Positions 1 to 12,400 of a stretch of 64,000 bases of DNA are shown here, piece by piece. Below the pieces are notes generated by a model that ran no database searches, was not told where the DNA came from, and worked only from the letters and a program-made list of their open reading frames with translations. The stretch comes from Azolla caroliniana (lineage: Eukaryota > Plantae > Polypodiophyta). The first letter of the stretch is position 1; each line of letters begins with the position of its first letter. The stretch covers positions 6,882,001 to 6,946,000 of the forward strand of contig JBHGNT010000021.1 in assembly GCA_043228905.1 (NCBI GenBank), read 5' to 3'. The translations under genes were made by a program, and so were the position numbers.

Positions 1-1536
1 AACCATGATGGCCCCCTCCACCATCGACCAACTTGTGTGCGCATTACCAAGGAGTGACCCCCATGGACATTGACGTCCAAAACGCGTAGATGTAGACTCG
101 CCGAAACCTTCCTAATCACGATGCCCAAGGACGCCCGAAGTGTTTCTACTACCACAATTATGGACACGTCTGACGTTATTGCCGAAAATTGCAACAACAA
201 TCTCACAAGCAACAAGCCCAGATAACCATGGTTGACGCAGCATCGTTGGCTGAGCTTCCAAGAAACTAACTTCCGGGGTACTGATGGAAGAGCAAGCCCC
301 CCACGTCCAAGCATCCGCCTCTTCTAGTTCTCAGGTATGCACCGCTCTCGCCACCATTAATCACTCCACACACATCATCCTATTAGACTCTGGTAGTAGT
401 ATCTCTTCAATTAGCACTGCCTTAGTTCACCAATTAGGCCTCCCCACAACCACCGCTCCTTCCATCCAAGTCCTTTTTGGCGATCACCAACATCTATACC
501 ACTCTCGCACACAAGCCCACTGCACCGTTACCTTAGGCACTCTCACATTCTCACACCACTTTTATGTCTCGCCCCACCAACTCTTCCCCCTCACCTTAGG
601 TTGCGATTGGCTCCTCAAGTGTCGTGCTATGATTGATTTCGATGCTCACAAACTTATTGTCCCACAAGCTCCCCCTATCCCCCTCCTACACGATAGCCCC
701 CATGTTCCCCACCTCAGCCATGTCATTCGTACCGGGGACGCCGCTCTCATCCGCATGGCTACACGCCGATGTTCCCCCCTCGACCACGATCGCATCGATG
801 CTGCCATCACCGATATGCTCACCAAAGGTATTATCATTCCGTCCACCAGCGATTGGGTTTTGGAACCCCACCTCGTCAAGAAGGATGATGGCACCTTCCG
901 CTTCTACATCGACTTTAGGCCTCTCAACAAAGTGACGATCCATGACCTCTACCCGCTCCCTCGTGTGGACGACCTCTTTGACTAGCTCGGGGGCTCCCGT
1001 TATTTCACCTCCCTTGACTTAGCCTCGGGATATTGGCAGATCCCCTTAAAGTCGTCTGACGCCCACAAGAACGCATTCCGCACACAACGTGGGCTGTTCC
1101 AGTTCACCCGCATGCCGTTTGGCCTGTTTGATGCCGGCAGCACATTCCAACGCATGGAAAACACCATCTTTGCCAACCGTATCAATAAAGACGTCCTCCT
1201 CGTTTATCTCGATGACATCCTTATCCACACGGCCACTTGGGAGGATCATCTACAAACTCTCGCTGAAGTCCTCGCTTGCATAACTAATCATAACTTGCAA
1301 CTCCAATGGAAGAAGTGTCGATGGGGAAGCACCAGCCTCCGTTTTCTCAGCTCCATCATCTCTGGCGATGGAATCCGTATGGACCCTGCAAAGGTAGTTG
1401 CCATCACCGACTACCCCCGTCCCACCTCAATAAAAACATTGCAACGTTTTTTGGGCATGATCACCTTTTCCCTTCGCTTCATCCCGAACCTCGCCTTGGT
1501 CACTTTCCCCCTCCGTCATCTCCTGAAGAAAGGTGT

Positions 1537-1798
1537 GTCATTCGTTTGGGATCCTGCTTGCGAAGATAGCTTTCGTCGCCTCAAAACAATGGTCCAGGAA
1601 TCAAGGTTGCTCGCCCATCCTAACTTTGACCAGCCGTTTACGTTGTAGACAGATGCCTCTAACCATGGTCATTCATTTGGGATCCTGCTTTCAAAGACAA
1701 CTTTTGTCACCTCAAAACAATGGTCCAAGAATCAGGGTTGCTCGCCCATCCTAACTTTGACCAGCCGTTTACGTTGCAGACAGATGCCTCTAACCATG
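1537..1798 (+). repeat. 131-bp tandem duplication inside Gypsy pol
   Basis: Copies at 1537-1667 and 1668-1798 (GTCATTC.TTTGGGATCCTGCTT...GCCTCTAACCATG), imperfect; the duplication shifts the reading frame. Confidence 0.9.
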
Positions 1799-2173
1799 GG
1801 TTCGGAGCCGTCCTCCTGCAGACCGATTGCCACGGGCAAGAGAAGGCGATCGCCTTCATTAGCCGAACTCTCACACCGGATGAACGGAACTACTCAACCA
1901 CTGAGAAGGAACTACTTGCGATCGTCTGGTCTTTCCAAAGTCTTCACCCATACCTTCATGGCAGGCAAGTTACGGTTGAGACTAACCACCAGCCCTTACT
2001 TTCTCTTATTCATCGACCTCACCCCTTGGGCCGCTTGTTGCGATGGACATTGGCACTTCAAGATTATCAGTTTACCCTCTCCTATTGAAAAGGTGTAACC
2101 AATTTGGTCGCCGATAGTCTCTCTCGCGCCGATTTCCAAGCTGTCCAATTTTTACCCGCGACGTCTGACCTTC

Positions 2174-2571
2174 TGTGAAAGATTATGTGCGGAAGCAATA
2201 GAAAAACGAACACATAGAAAATACGCAGGTTTAATGGAGAGCTTGAATATACACAGTACGCGGGAGAGACACAGAGAGAGAACACACAAAACTAAATTCA
2301 AAAATAATACTCAATCTGTACATAGGATGTGCTCAGTGAGCACTTTTATACAAGCCCTGACAATCGGGTTGACACAAGTACTGACAGTACTTGACTGCTC
2401 ATAAATGAGCCTTGACACTCACTCCCAAAATTATTCTTTACGAGGAATATTTCTCTAACGGCCTTGTGGTTTACGCACCGATACGGCCATGTTATGAGTA
2501 CCAATTTACGCATCGGTCCGGCCTAACTGATCGGTCCCAACCAATCTGGTTCTCGTCTTGCACAACCGATC
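2174..2571 (-). repeat. 3' LTR of nested Copia, incomplete at its inner end
   Basis: Matches 7164-7620 except for a ~60-bp indel; similarity stops after ...CCGATC at 2571. Confidence 0.88.
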
Positions 2572-5500
2572 TGGTGTTGGCGCCTCTTCTGTTGCCTTCT
2601 CTTCCGCTTGGCCCTTGGTTGATTCAACGTATCTGAATCAAACATCCGAACCAACTCGGCTACCTCCGATCGGTTTTCCTCTCGTCCGAGTTGGCTGTCT
2701 CCAACTCGTCTTCGGTCTTCTCACCCTTGACGGTGTCATCTCCCCCATGCTTGGTTGGCTTCGGCTCTTTCTTTCGGCTGCTCCCCTTATGTCCGCTTTT
2801 GGACTTTTCCGCGGATCCGCCCTCGGCTTCTTCAGCCGATCCAAAATCAAATTCGTCATCCGACTCGGTGTCACGGTCTTCGTCTTCCTGACCTTCTCTC
2901 CCTCTTCCGTGGTCATTCAGGACGTCTCTCCCCCTCAAGTTTGGCACGTTGAGGTGACGCAACCCAAGCGCACCCGAGAATTGTCGCAACTTGTCCAGAC
3001 CAAGAGGCTTGGTGAAGATGTCGGCATTCTGCCGATCCGTCGGAACATACCGAAGTTCGACTTCACCAGAAAGGACACGCTCACGGACAAAATGGTAATG
3101 CACCTCAATGTGCTTCGTCTGTGCATGGAAAACGGGGTTCTTCGCAGGCTGGATGCTGCTGAGGTTGTCGCAGTGGATCGTCGTCGGATCAGACACCTCC
3201 TCTTGTAGGTCCTTAAGTAGCCGCTTCAACCATATGGCTTCACATGTCGCGACAACTGCTCCTCGGTACTCCGCTTCGGTGCTTGACAGTGCAACTGTCG
3301 GCTGCTTCTTACTATTCCACGCTATCGCGGCACTCCCAAGAGAGAACGCGTATCCGGACGTGGATCGGCGATCAGCAGCGTTGCCAGCCCAATCAGTATC
3401 GGTGTAGCCGACCAACTACGAGGTTGTACCGATCCGATATAGCAGTCCCCGGTCCTTAGTGTGGATTACGTACCGCAGTACGCGTTGCGCACATTGCCTC
3501 TTCGGGTCGCATACCTTTCCGAAATTGGGGCGAAGCTTGACGGTTCTATCCAGAGGAGTCGAGACGGACTTACAGTCGTCCATCCCGAATTTGAAGAGCA
3601 TACTCAACACATAATGGCGTTGGCTGATCAATATGCCTTCGGGGGTACGGATCACTTCGATCCCGAGGAAGTAATGAAGGTCCCCCAAATCCTTCATGTC
3701 AAATGATTCCGCGAGCTGGAGCTTCACGTGGTCTATCTCACCTAGGTCGACGTCGGTGATGACCAAGTCAATAACATAAAGTAAAATACTAACCGGCCCG
3801 AGTCGACCTTTCCGGATGAACAGTGAGGAGTCCGATTTTGACGTCGCAAAGCCCATCCGACGCAATCGTTGCATGATCTTCACGTTCTAGGAACGCGGGG
3901 CTTGCTTTAGTCCGTAAAGGGACTTCTTCAATCGGCACACTACCGACATGTTCGTTCCGGAGTGAAATACGGGGGGTTGTACCATGTACACCTGTTCCTC
4001 AAGCTCACCTTGCAGGAACGCATTCTTTACATCCATCTGATGTAAGTGCCACCCCTTGGCCGCAGCTACCGCGAGCAAAACACGGACGATCGTCATCTTC
4101 GCGATCGATGCAAACGTCTCATTATAGTCGATGTCGTGTTTCTGTGTGTAGCCTTTTGCCACTAACCGGGCCTTGTATCGGTTGACCGAGTCATCGGTGT
4201 TGTGCTTGACCTTGTACACCCACCTACATCCGATCGGCTTCACACCCTTCGGTGCATCAACCAGGTCTCAGGTCTCGTTTTCCGCCAATGTGTGCATCTC
4301 TTCCTCCATCGCGGCGCGCCAATTCGTGTCCTTAACCGCTTCTGCGTAGCTCTCTGGCTCACGCACTTTCGCTACACGGGTCATGTACACATAATGATGT
4401 GCCATGTACTCGTTGTATCCGAACCGCACAACTAGGTTCTTCTGGCGGGTAGATCGGCATAATCGGTCATTAGCCGATGTCGAGGTCTTCTCGGCCGACG
4501 CAGACTTCGCTCTTGAAGACCCGTCACCGTTTCCCTCGGAGTCGGACTCGCGTCGGTCTGACTCATTCCTATCCGTGTTGGAATCCGACACCTTCTTCTT
4601 CCCTTTCTCTTTGCGCGTAAGCCGTTTCCTCAGCTTCTTGCGTGGGGAATGCAAGGCCGAGTCTCCACTACTCACCAGCTCTTCATCGGAATGGTCGAAC
4701 CGACTTAGTCGTCCATTTGGTCCACTTAACCGAAACGAAATCAGACTCTCTTTGCGGGTCCCGATTTCAGGCTCATTCGGAGGCATCTCAGTCTCGCTGA
4801 CCTCATCGTCAGAGCTCGGATTGGAGTTGAGATCCAGAGTCGGAGGCAAGTACTAGGACGCGGACTCATCAAACACAACGTCGCGGCTCACGCGCGCTTG
4901 TTTGGTGCGTGGGTTATAACACTTATAACCCTTCTGCTCGTCCGAGTAGCCGACCAAGATACATTTCTCGGCCTTTGCGTCCAGCTTCCTCCGTTTCTCC
5001 TTCGGCACATGCACATACGCAATGCTACCGAAAACTCGTAAGTGTCGCAAGTTCGGCTTCATTCCAAAATATAGCTCGTGAGCCGATGCTTTGTCTCTGA
5101 TCCGGTTCTGGATGTATACTGCGGTCCTTACCGCCTCGGCCCAGTAGAACTTGGGCAAGCTCTTCTCCTCTACCATTGCCCGTGCCGCTTCCACAACTAA
5201 CCGATTTTTCTTCTCGGCCACGCCGTTTTGCTCCGGCGTGTATCTACAACTGAATTCACGTCAAATTCCCATCTGTTGTAGATAACCATTGAATTGATCG
5301 GAAAAGTATTCTTTTCCGCCATCTATCCGACCGTAGGCACTTGATCTTTCTTCTTGTTTCCGTTTCCACGAACCCTTTGAGGTCCCGAAAATAGTCAAAG
5401 ACTTCGCTCTTCCTCTCAATGAGGTAGATCCACGTGTGTCGCGTGTAGTCGTCGATGAAGGAGACGAAATATCGGCTCCCGCCAAGACTAACGTTTTGTG

Positions 5501-7163
5501 TCGGCCCCCACACATTGGAGTGTATTAAGTCCAGCTTGTTCTGACTCCAGTTACGCTCGTTGGGGAAGGGAAGTCGGTGTTGCTTCCCAAGCTAGCAGGC
5601 TTCACAAATTTGTGCCTTCCGGCCACTAAATTTAGGCAATCCGAACACCACCTGTTTTGATTGCAGGTCTTGAAGTCGTTGGTAGTTGATGTGGCCTATC
5701 CGCTTGTGCCATAAGTCGATGTTCGACTTGACTTTTTGTCCCTTCGCGAACATTGTGGTGCCACTGTCAATAGAGTCGAGGATGAACATCCTCCCATCTC
5801 TGCGCCCTTGTGCAATAACACGGCCTTCTTCCTCAATGAAGCACCCGAGGTGTGTAAACCGGACCTCCATCCCTTGGTCGACGATCTGTCCGACCGACAC
5901 CAAGTTCTTTGTGGTTGTCAGAACGTGTAGCACGTTCTTGAGTTTCCCTTTCTGCCCGACATGGCTTAGGGGAACTTCTCCGACATTCGCGATCGGATGC
6001 GGAGTGTCATCTCCGGTTGCATCGGTTTTTCTAGGTACGAGAACCACTCCTTATGGCTCGTCATGTGATTTGACGCGCCGGAGTCGACATACCACACCTC
6101 GTCCGATTTCGGGGTGGTCTGCTTCATTGAGTTTGCTTCGTGTCTCGTCACAAAGGCAAACCCTTTTCTGGCTTTTTCGGATCATTCGGCGATCGCTGCC
6201 GGTTTCCTTTGTCGGTATGTCCGGAACAAGATCTGGAACCAGTCCTCTCCGACTCGGCGCACTTTTTCCAGCACTCTCTCTCCCTGTGGCCTTTCTTGCC
6301 ACAGTACCAGCATTCTGCGGCGGATTTCCCTTGCCGGTTCTCGTCGCCTCGACTCCCCCTATTTCCGGAGGGTCTGGAATTGCTGTCGGCATCACTTCGG
6401 TGCCTTCTTCCTTGATCCCATCGGCCGCCTCCATTGCGTACCGACCACGGGGCCTATCTCCCTCCGTGTACAACATCTTGTTGTCGGCATGCGTGATTGT
6501 CGATGCACCCGCGTGGTTCTCCTCTATAAGGAGCATCGATTGTAAGTCGTAAAACGACGGCGTATTCTCCCGTGTATACATAGCAATTCGGAACGCTCCG
6601 AACTTTGACGCCAGTCCCCCGAGACAGATTTGCACCATCTCGCCTTCCTCGACGTTCACATCGATAGAGGCTAGAGAGTCGCATATATCTTTGATCTTCG
6701 AGGTGTAATCAGCCACCGACAAGTCGCGTTGTCGTAAATTGCTCAGCTCTTGTCGGAGTTGAAGCTTCCTGGCTGTGGTGCTTGCGGCAAAGATCTTCTT
6801 CAGATTTCCCCAAGCATCCTTCGGGGTTTTCGCATCCCGAATGTAGCTTAGAAGTTGTTCGCCCACACAAGACGCGAAGTAGTACAGTACTCTGCTCGTC
6901 GACTGTTCCCACACCGGGAAATCTTTGTGTGTCGATTCGGGTGCTGTGTCATTTGCTCCGTCGACATAGCTCCAGTAACCGTGCCCGAGCAGGTACTGGT
7001 GCATCTTGTAGGGCCAAGATGCGTAGTTGTTTCTGTCAAGCTTCTCCGTCGGAAGCGAGCTAGCCATGCCTCTATCCATCGGTTTTACCTGTTCTTCTTG
7101 GTTGGTTTTTCTTTTCAAGCTATGTCGACTGCGAAGGTTCTCAACCCTCGCGCTCTAATACCA

Positions 7164-7648
7164 TGTGAAAGATTATGTGCGGAAGCAATAGAAAAACGAA
7201 CACATAGAAAATACGCAGGTTTAATGGAGAGCTTGAATATACACAGTACGCGGGAGAGATACACAGAGAGAACGCACAGAACTAAATTCAAAAATAATAC
7301 TCAATCTGTACATAGGATGTGCTCAGTGAGCACTTTTATACAAGCCCTGACAATCGGGCTGACACAAGTACTAACAATACTTGACTGTTCATAAATGAGC
7401 CTCGACACTCACTCCCAAAATTATTCCTTACGAGGAATATTTCTCTAACGGCCTTTCGGTTTACGCACTGATACGACCTCTCGTTACGCACCGGTTTGCG
7501 TACTGTTTACGCATCCGTTTTACGCACCGATACGACCATGTTATGCGTACCAATTTACGCATCGGTCCAGCCTAACTGATCGGTCACAACCAATCTGGTT
7601 CTCAGCTTGCACAGCCGATCCAGCCAATGTTGAGCTTGTATCTCCACA
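7164..7648 (-). repeat. 5' LTR of nested Copia (485 bp)
   Basis: Abuts the PBS; direct repeat of 2174-2571. Confidence 0.93.
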
Positions 7649-8952
7649 CCTTCCACTACCACTACCACAACTCGCTACACTTCAGCAACACGACCCCGCC
7701 ATCCGAGAGATAACCCATCAATTGCGCTCCCTCCAACCATTTCCCTCACAATGACGGTTCATGCTCCGCGATAACTTGGTGTTCTTCATTCCAGCGCATC
7801 ACGAGCCACGTCTCTACATCCCTCATGCCCTACAACAGACGTATCTCCAATTTTATCACGATAACCCATTGTCGGGTCATCTGGGTTTCCACAAGGTTCT
7901 TGAAAAATTACGTCTCAAGTATTATTGGCCCAACATGCGACACTTTGTCTCTACCTACATCAATCAATGTGCTTTGTGTCAACACATCAAACCCGCGAGC
8001 AAGCCTGCCGGAACGCTCCAACCCATCACCGTCACATCGCCTTTCGAGCTCGTCAGATGGGATTTCATGAGACCTTTTCCCGAAACCCCCAATGGCAACA
8101 AGTATATCCTGATCATAACAGAATACCTCACCAGATGGGCTGAAACTGTTGCCATCCCTGACGTCACTGCGCCAACAATCACATCCCAACTTTTGCACAA
8201 GGTAATTTTTCAGCATGGTTTCCTTGTCCAACTCTTATCTGATCAAGGCTGCTAGTTCCATGGGGACGTCCTCAATGCGGTTGCAACTCAACTAGGGGTC
8301 CAGTAGGTGTTTACATCCCCGTACCATTCGCAAACAAACGGCCTCACCGAACGCCTCAACAAGACCCTCAAGCAGGAGATTGCCGCTTACATCGATCCAT
8401 GCCACAAAACCTAGGATCAAATCTTGCCTTTCGTCAGCCATGCCTACAATACATCTGTTCAGGCGTCAACACGGATCAGCCCTTTTCGAGCACTCTATGG
8501 GCGTGACCCTCGGCTCCCACCATAAGCGTCCATTGACGTCCATTCCAAACCTACCAACATGGATGGTGCCACTTGGGGGCTCTATCTCCAACAACTGCTA
8601 CCTCTCCTTCAACAAGCAAGCTCTCGAAACCTACAAGTCGCACAACAAACGCCAAAAGCGATACTACGACGTGGGTCGAATTACCCTGACTTATGATGAT
8701 GGAACCAAAGTCCTTGTTTACTTCCCCGTCCGGCGGCGCGGTCTCAGCGAATCACTCATGCACCGATGGATCGGCCCATTCACCGTGATTCATGCAATCA
8801 AATCCACGACTTACTTGCTCCGACGCGATTCCAATGGTCGATTCACCTCCGCCCATGTTGCCCGCATCAAGCCCTATGCTACCCTAAGCCCATCTTCTAG
8901 CGCTCTTCCTTTCCCCATGTCGTAAAACTCCTTGTTTCTCTCAGGGGGGAAA

Positions 8953-9221
8953 TGTGGTGTCCCTTGGATGCAAGTGCATGCCTTCATGTTGGGTGTGCAT
9001 GTGTTCCTTTGTGCCCCTTTTAGCATACCCTTGTTTAGCATGCATGCTTTCATGCTATGGTGTACGTGTGTTCCGTTGAGCCACCCTTTTAGCATACCCT
9101 TGTTAGGACGCATGTAGCTAAGTAAAGCCAACCCAAATGGGTACCTTTGTACGACTATAAATTGAAAAGGAAGTAAGAAGCTAAGCAAGCTGGTTTGGAT
9201 TCCATTTATGTGCATTTCACA
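8953..9221 (+). repeat. 3' LTR of the Gypsy element (~269 bp)
   Basis: Starts TGTGG directly after the PPT and ends ...TTTCACA. Contains an internal ~66-bp duplicated unit and a TATAAA. The 5' LTR is not in the window, so the right end is inferred. Confidence 0.7.
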
Positions 9222-9368
9222 ATATTATTATCCCGATAAGACAATACATATTATTGAATTAAACTTGGTATTATATATTATTTGGATTCCATTTATGTGC
9301 ATTTCACAATATTATTATCCCCATAAGACAAATACATATTATTGAATTAAACTTGGTATTATATATTA
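9194..9368 (+). repeat. 87-bp tandem duplication spanning the LTR end and ISE2 upstream region
   Basis: Copies 9194-9280 and 9281-9368 are near-identical. Confidence 0.92.
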
Positions 9369-9437
9369 TTATAATTTATCACTGAAGATGACGAAGAAGA
9401 CGTAGAAGTGGAGGAGATTTCCGAGTTCGATGAAGCT

Positions 9438-12400
9438 ATGGCGCTTCTTCATCCACTTCTCTGTGCTCAGAATCCATGGATCTCCCCTTCCTCTTCCCAC
9501 AAGGAGAGTTCCCATTCCTTCTCGTTCTGCGTCAGACATCAGCATCGTTGCTTCTGCAGCTTCAGATCGGCTTCCTTCATCACTCGTTTATACTTTAGCA
9601 CGGGTAAAGTTTATTTACAAGAACGTAGATTTCTTATTCCACATTCTTTTCCCATTCATTCTCTATCAGTAAATTCAACCGAAGAAGAAGAAGAAGAAGA
9701 AGAAGAAGAAGCTCAATTAGCTTCAGACTCAAATGAATTTGAATGCAAAGAGGAAAAATATCCCATTGATGACGATGTGAGTGATGATGACAACGATGCT
9801 TTTTTTGATGATGATGTTGTAATGCTAGAGGATCTTTTGGATTTGGACGAAGAAGATGAAGAAGAAGAAGAAGAAGAAGAAGAAGAAGAAGAAGAAGAAG
9901 AAGAAGAAGAAGAAGAAGAAGACGAAGAAAATGAAGAAGAAGAAGAAGAAGAAAATGAAGAAAAAGATGAAAAAAATGAAAGAGAAAGTATGGAGAATTT
10001 TAGTGATGACAGGAAGTTTCAATCAGTCAACAGGAAAGGGGAAATACACAGAAAAGTAAAAGAGTTATGCCGTATAAAAGAAGAGGATCCGGATCGCTGC
10101 ATAACTTTCCAAGATCTTTCTACGCTATATGAGTTTCGAATGGATAAATTTCAGGTGCTTTTTTGCTTCTAAGTTCATGGCATTAAGCGCTTTTAGACTG
10201 TTTTAGTCAGATGCTTTTTTCCTCAATAATATTAGACTTTTTTAGTCAAGTTCTCTTTTTTATTCAAGCTCAATACATTGAGTTGTTCAGGTGGTTCTGA
10301 GACGTTCATATTCGTTTTCTTTTTGCTTTAAATTTATGGAAATCAGTTATTTAGATTTTTTTTGGTGCGCTCTTTACTTTAAGTTCATGGAATTCAGTTC
10401 TTTAGATCTTTCCTTCAAGTACATGGCATTCAGTTCTTTAGAATTTTCTAATTGTGTAATTTCACTTCAAGTTCGTGGCATTCTGTTTTAGACCCATATA
10501 ATGGTGTTCTTTCTACTAAAGTTCATTAGAAAGGCTATATAATTCAGTTCTTTACAACTTTTCTTCAAGTCCATTGTATTCATTTTTTAGACCTGTCTAT
10601 TCAAGTCTTTACATTTGACTTCAAGTTTATGGCATTCAGTTCTTTATAACTTTCTTTTCAGGTGCTTTTTAACTTAAATTCATGAAAACAGCTCTTCAGG
10701 CACTAGAAAAGAACACCACTTCATGTGCACTCACAACTATTAGGATTGAATGAAAGCTAGAGATTGTCCCATTAAACATACTGATAGGAATGAATGAAGG
10801 TCAGAGATAGCCACAATTTAAGAAGGATCAACGAAGGCCAGAAATATGCAGATTCAGCATAATAACGCAAGTCAATGAAGGCTAGAGGTAGGTTCATTTG
10901 ACGTATTAATTGGAGGAAATGAAGGCTAGAGATGGGTCCATTTGTCATTCAGCATATTAATAGGTATCAATGAAAGTTATCATAGGTCCACTTTATTTCA
11001 GTTGATTATATCCATAATTACATTCATATAATAGCATGAACTTTGAAGGTTAGAGGTAGTCTCATCAGACATACTTTGTTGATAGTGGCTGGTTAGATGC
11101 TTAACTATGTCCCAGACCATAGCTGGATGCGTTTACCACTGAGCTGAGAGGAAATACCAATGGACTGATTCATAGAGTATTCAAGAAGAAGGATGTTTAA
11201 AAGGATAAATAGCTTTTTATATACCTATCCCAAGATCTCCATGTCAGACCACAACTATCCAGATGGTATGCGTAATGAGCCTATCTCTTGTGTTCATCGA
11301 CTTTGTTTAATAACAGTTATGTCTGGGGCAAAGAGTTGGAGAAATGGTCTTATAATAGAGTATTAAAATTGTATAGAAATGGATATTTCCATTTTGTGAT
11401 CTGCATTGCTGTGAAAGGATAGTTTAAATGACCAAGGCATTTGGATGCATTTCTCAGAGATTGGCTGTGGAGGGATTTTTGAAAGGCTCTTCAGTAGTGG
11501 TATGTGCTCCCACAAGTAGTGGGAAGACTTTGATTGCAGAATGTGCTGCAGCGGCATTGCTTGCAATGCAAAAAGGATTAATTTATACTACACCTCTCAA
11601 GGCTCTTTCCAATCAAAAATTTCGTGAATTCAGGTACCTTGTGATTCTACTAGTGTTCTTGGCAATTTCTTAACTTGGTTTCATAGGTCTGCTATATAAA
11701 CATTTCAGGGACATATTTGGAGAAGATAAGGTCGGCATTCTTACTGGCGATGCAGCTGTAAATAGAGATGCTCCAATTCTGATAATGACTACAGAAATTC
11801 TGCGCAATATGCTCTATCAAATGTCTGTGAGTTGTTTAAAAAAAAAGTCACGCATAATCATACCTTTTTATTTAGAAAGACAAACATATAGGGAAATAAT
11901 TCATTTAGTTTTCTAATTGGCGTTTATAAGCAAATAACTTGGTTAATCATGCTTTAGAAATAACTGATCATAATCAATGAGATTGTTGTTTCTGATTACA
12001 GTATTGGAACACCCAAGCAAGGAGACCAATTTCAGGGCGTGTCTGCAATTGTGCTTGATGAAGTTCATTATCTCAGCGACACTTCACGGGGTACTGTTTG
12101 GGAGGAAACTGTATGCTCTTTGAATCCTTACATACTTGATGGGATAGTCGTTTACTTGCATGCATAATCAAAATATGTTTACTTGCATCTACAGGTTATC
12201 TATTGCCCAAAGAATGTTCAACTGATCTGTCTTTCTGCAACTGTTGCAAATCCTGGTGAGCTTGCTGGTTGGATTAACCAGGTGAATTTTAGTTTGAGTA
12301 TGCCATAAATTTCCACATTCAGTTAAAAGATTCTATATGGGGCCTAATCTCATGTAGATTGACTTAATGTTCTCTATCTCTAGTTGTTCTTTATAGGTGC

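Larger units (their letters stand above)
2174..7648 (-). mobile_element. Ty1/Copia LTR retrotransposon nested in the Gypsy pol
   Basis: TG...CA termini with a CCTTC target-site duplication (2169-2173, 7649-7653). PBS TGGTATTAGAGC (tRNA-iMet type) at 7152-7163. Order is gag, protease (WYVDSGASNHMT), GAG-pre-integrase (LWHKRIGH), integrase, RT, RNase H (ADIFTKPL). Stops and frameshifts present. The Gypsy reading frame resumes across the TSD. Confidence 0.97.
1..9221 (+). mobile_element. Ty3/Gypsy LTR retrotransposon, decayed; 5' end outside the window; interrupted by a nested Copia at 2174-7648
   Basis: Domain order is gag knuckle remnant (CFYYHNYGHV*RYC at 141), protease (LLDSGS), RT (FTSLDLASGYWQI, YLDD), RNase H (TDAS, NYSTTEKELLAIV), then integrase after the insertion (H2C2 finger, GPF motif). 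Many in-frame stops. Polypurine tract AGGGGGGAAA at 8943-8952 is followed by TG. Confidence 0.95.

Noticed and set aside
2558-7394. Long plus-strand ORFs (e.g. 216 aa, 288 aa) inside the nested Copia
   Set aside because: Antisense shadows of GC-rich gag-pol with no independent motifs.
9825-10059. Poly-Lys and poly-Phe ORFs
   Set aside because: Alternative frames of the GAA microsatellite in ISE2 exon 1.
10748-11065. Regularly spaced repeat core superficially like a CRISPR array
   Set aside because: The units are degenerate, the spacers resemble each other, the context is a eukaryotic intron and there are no cas genes.
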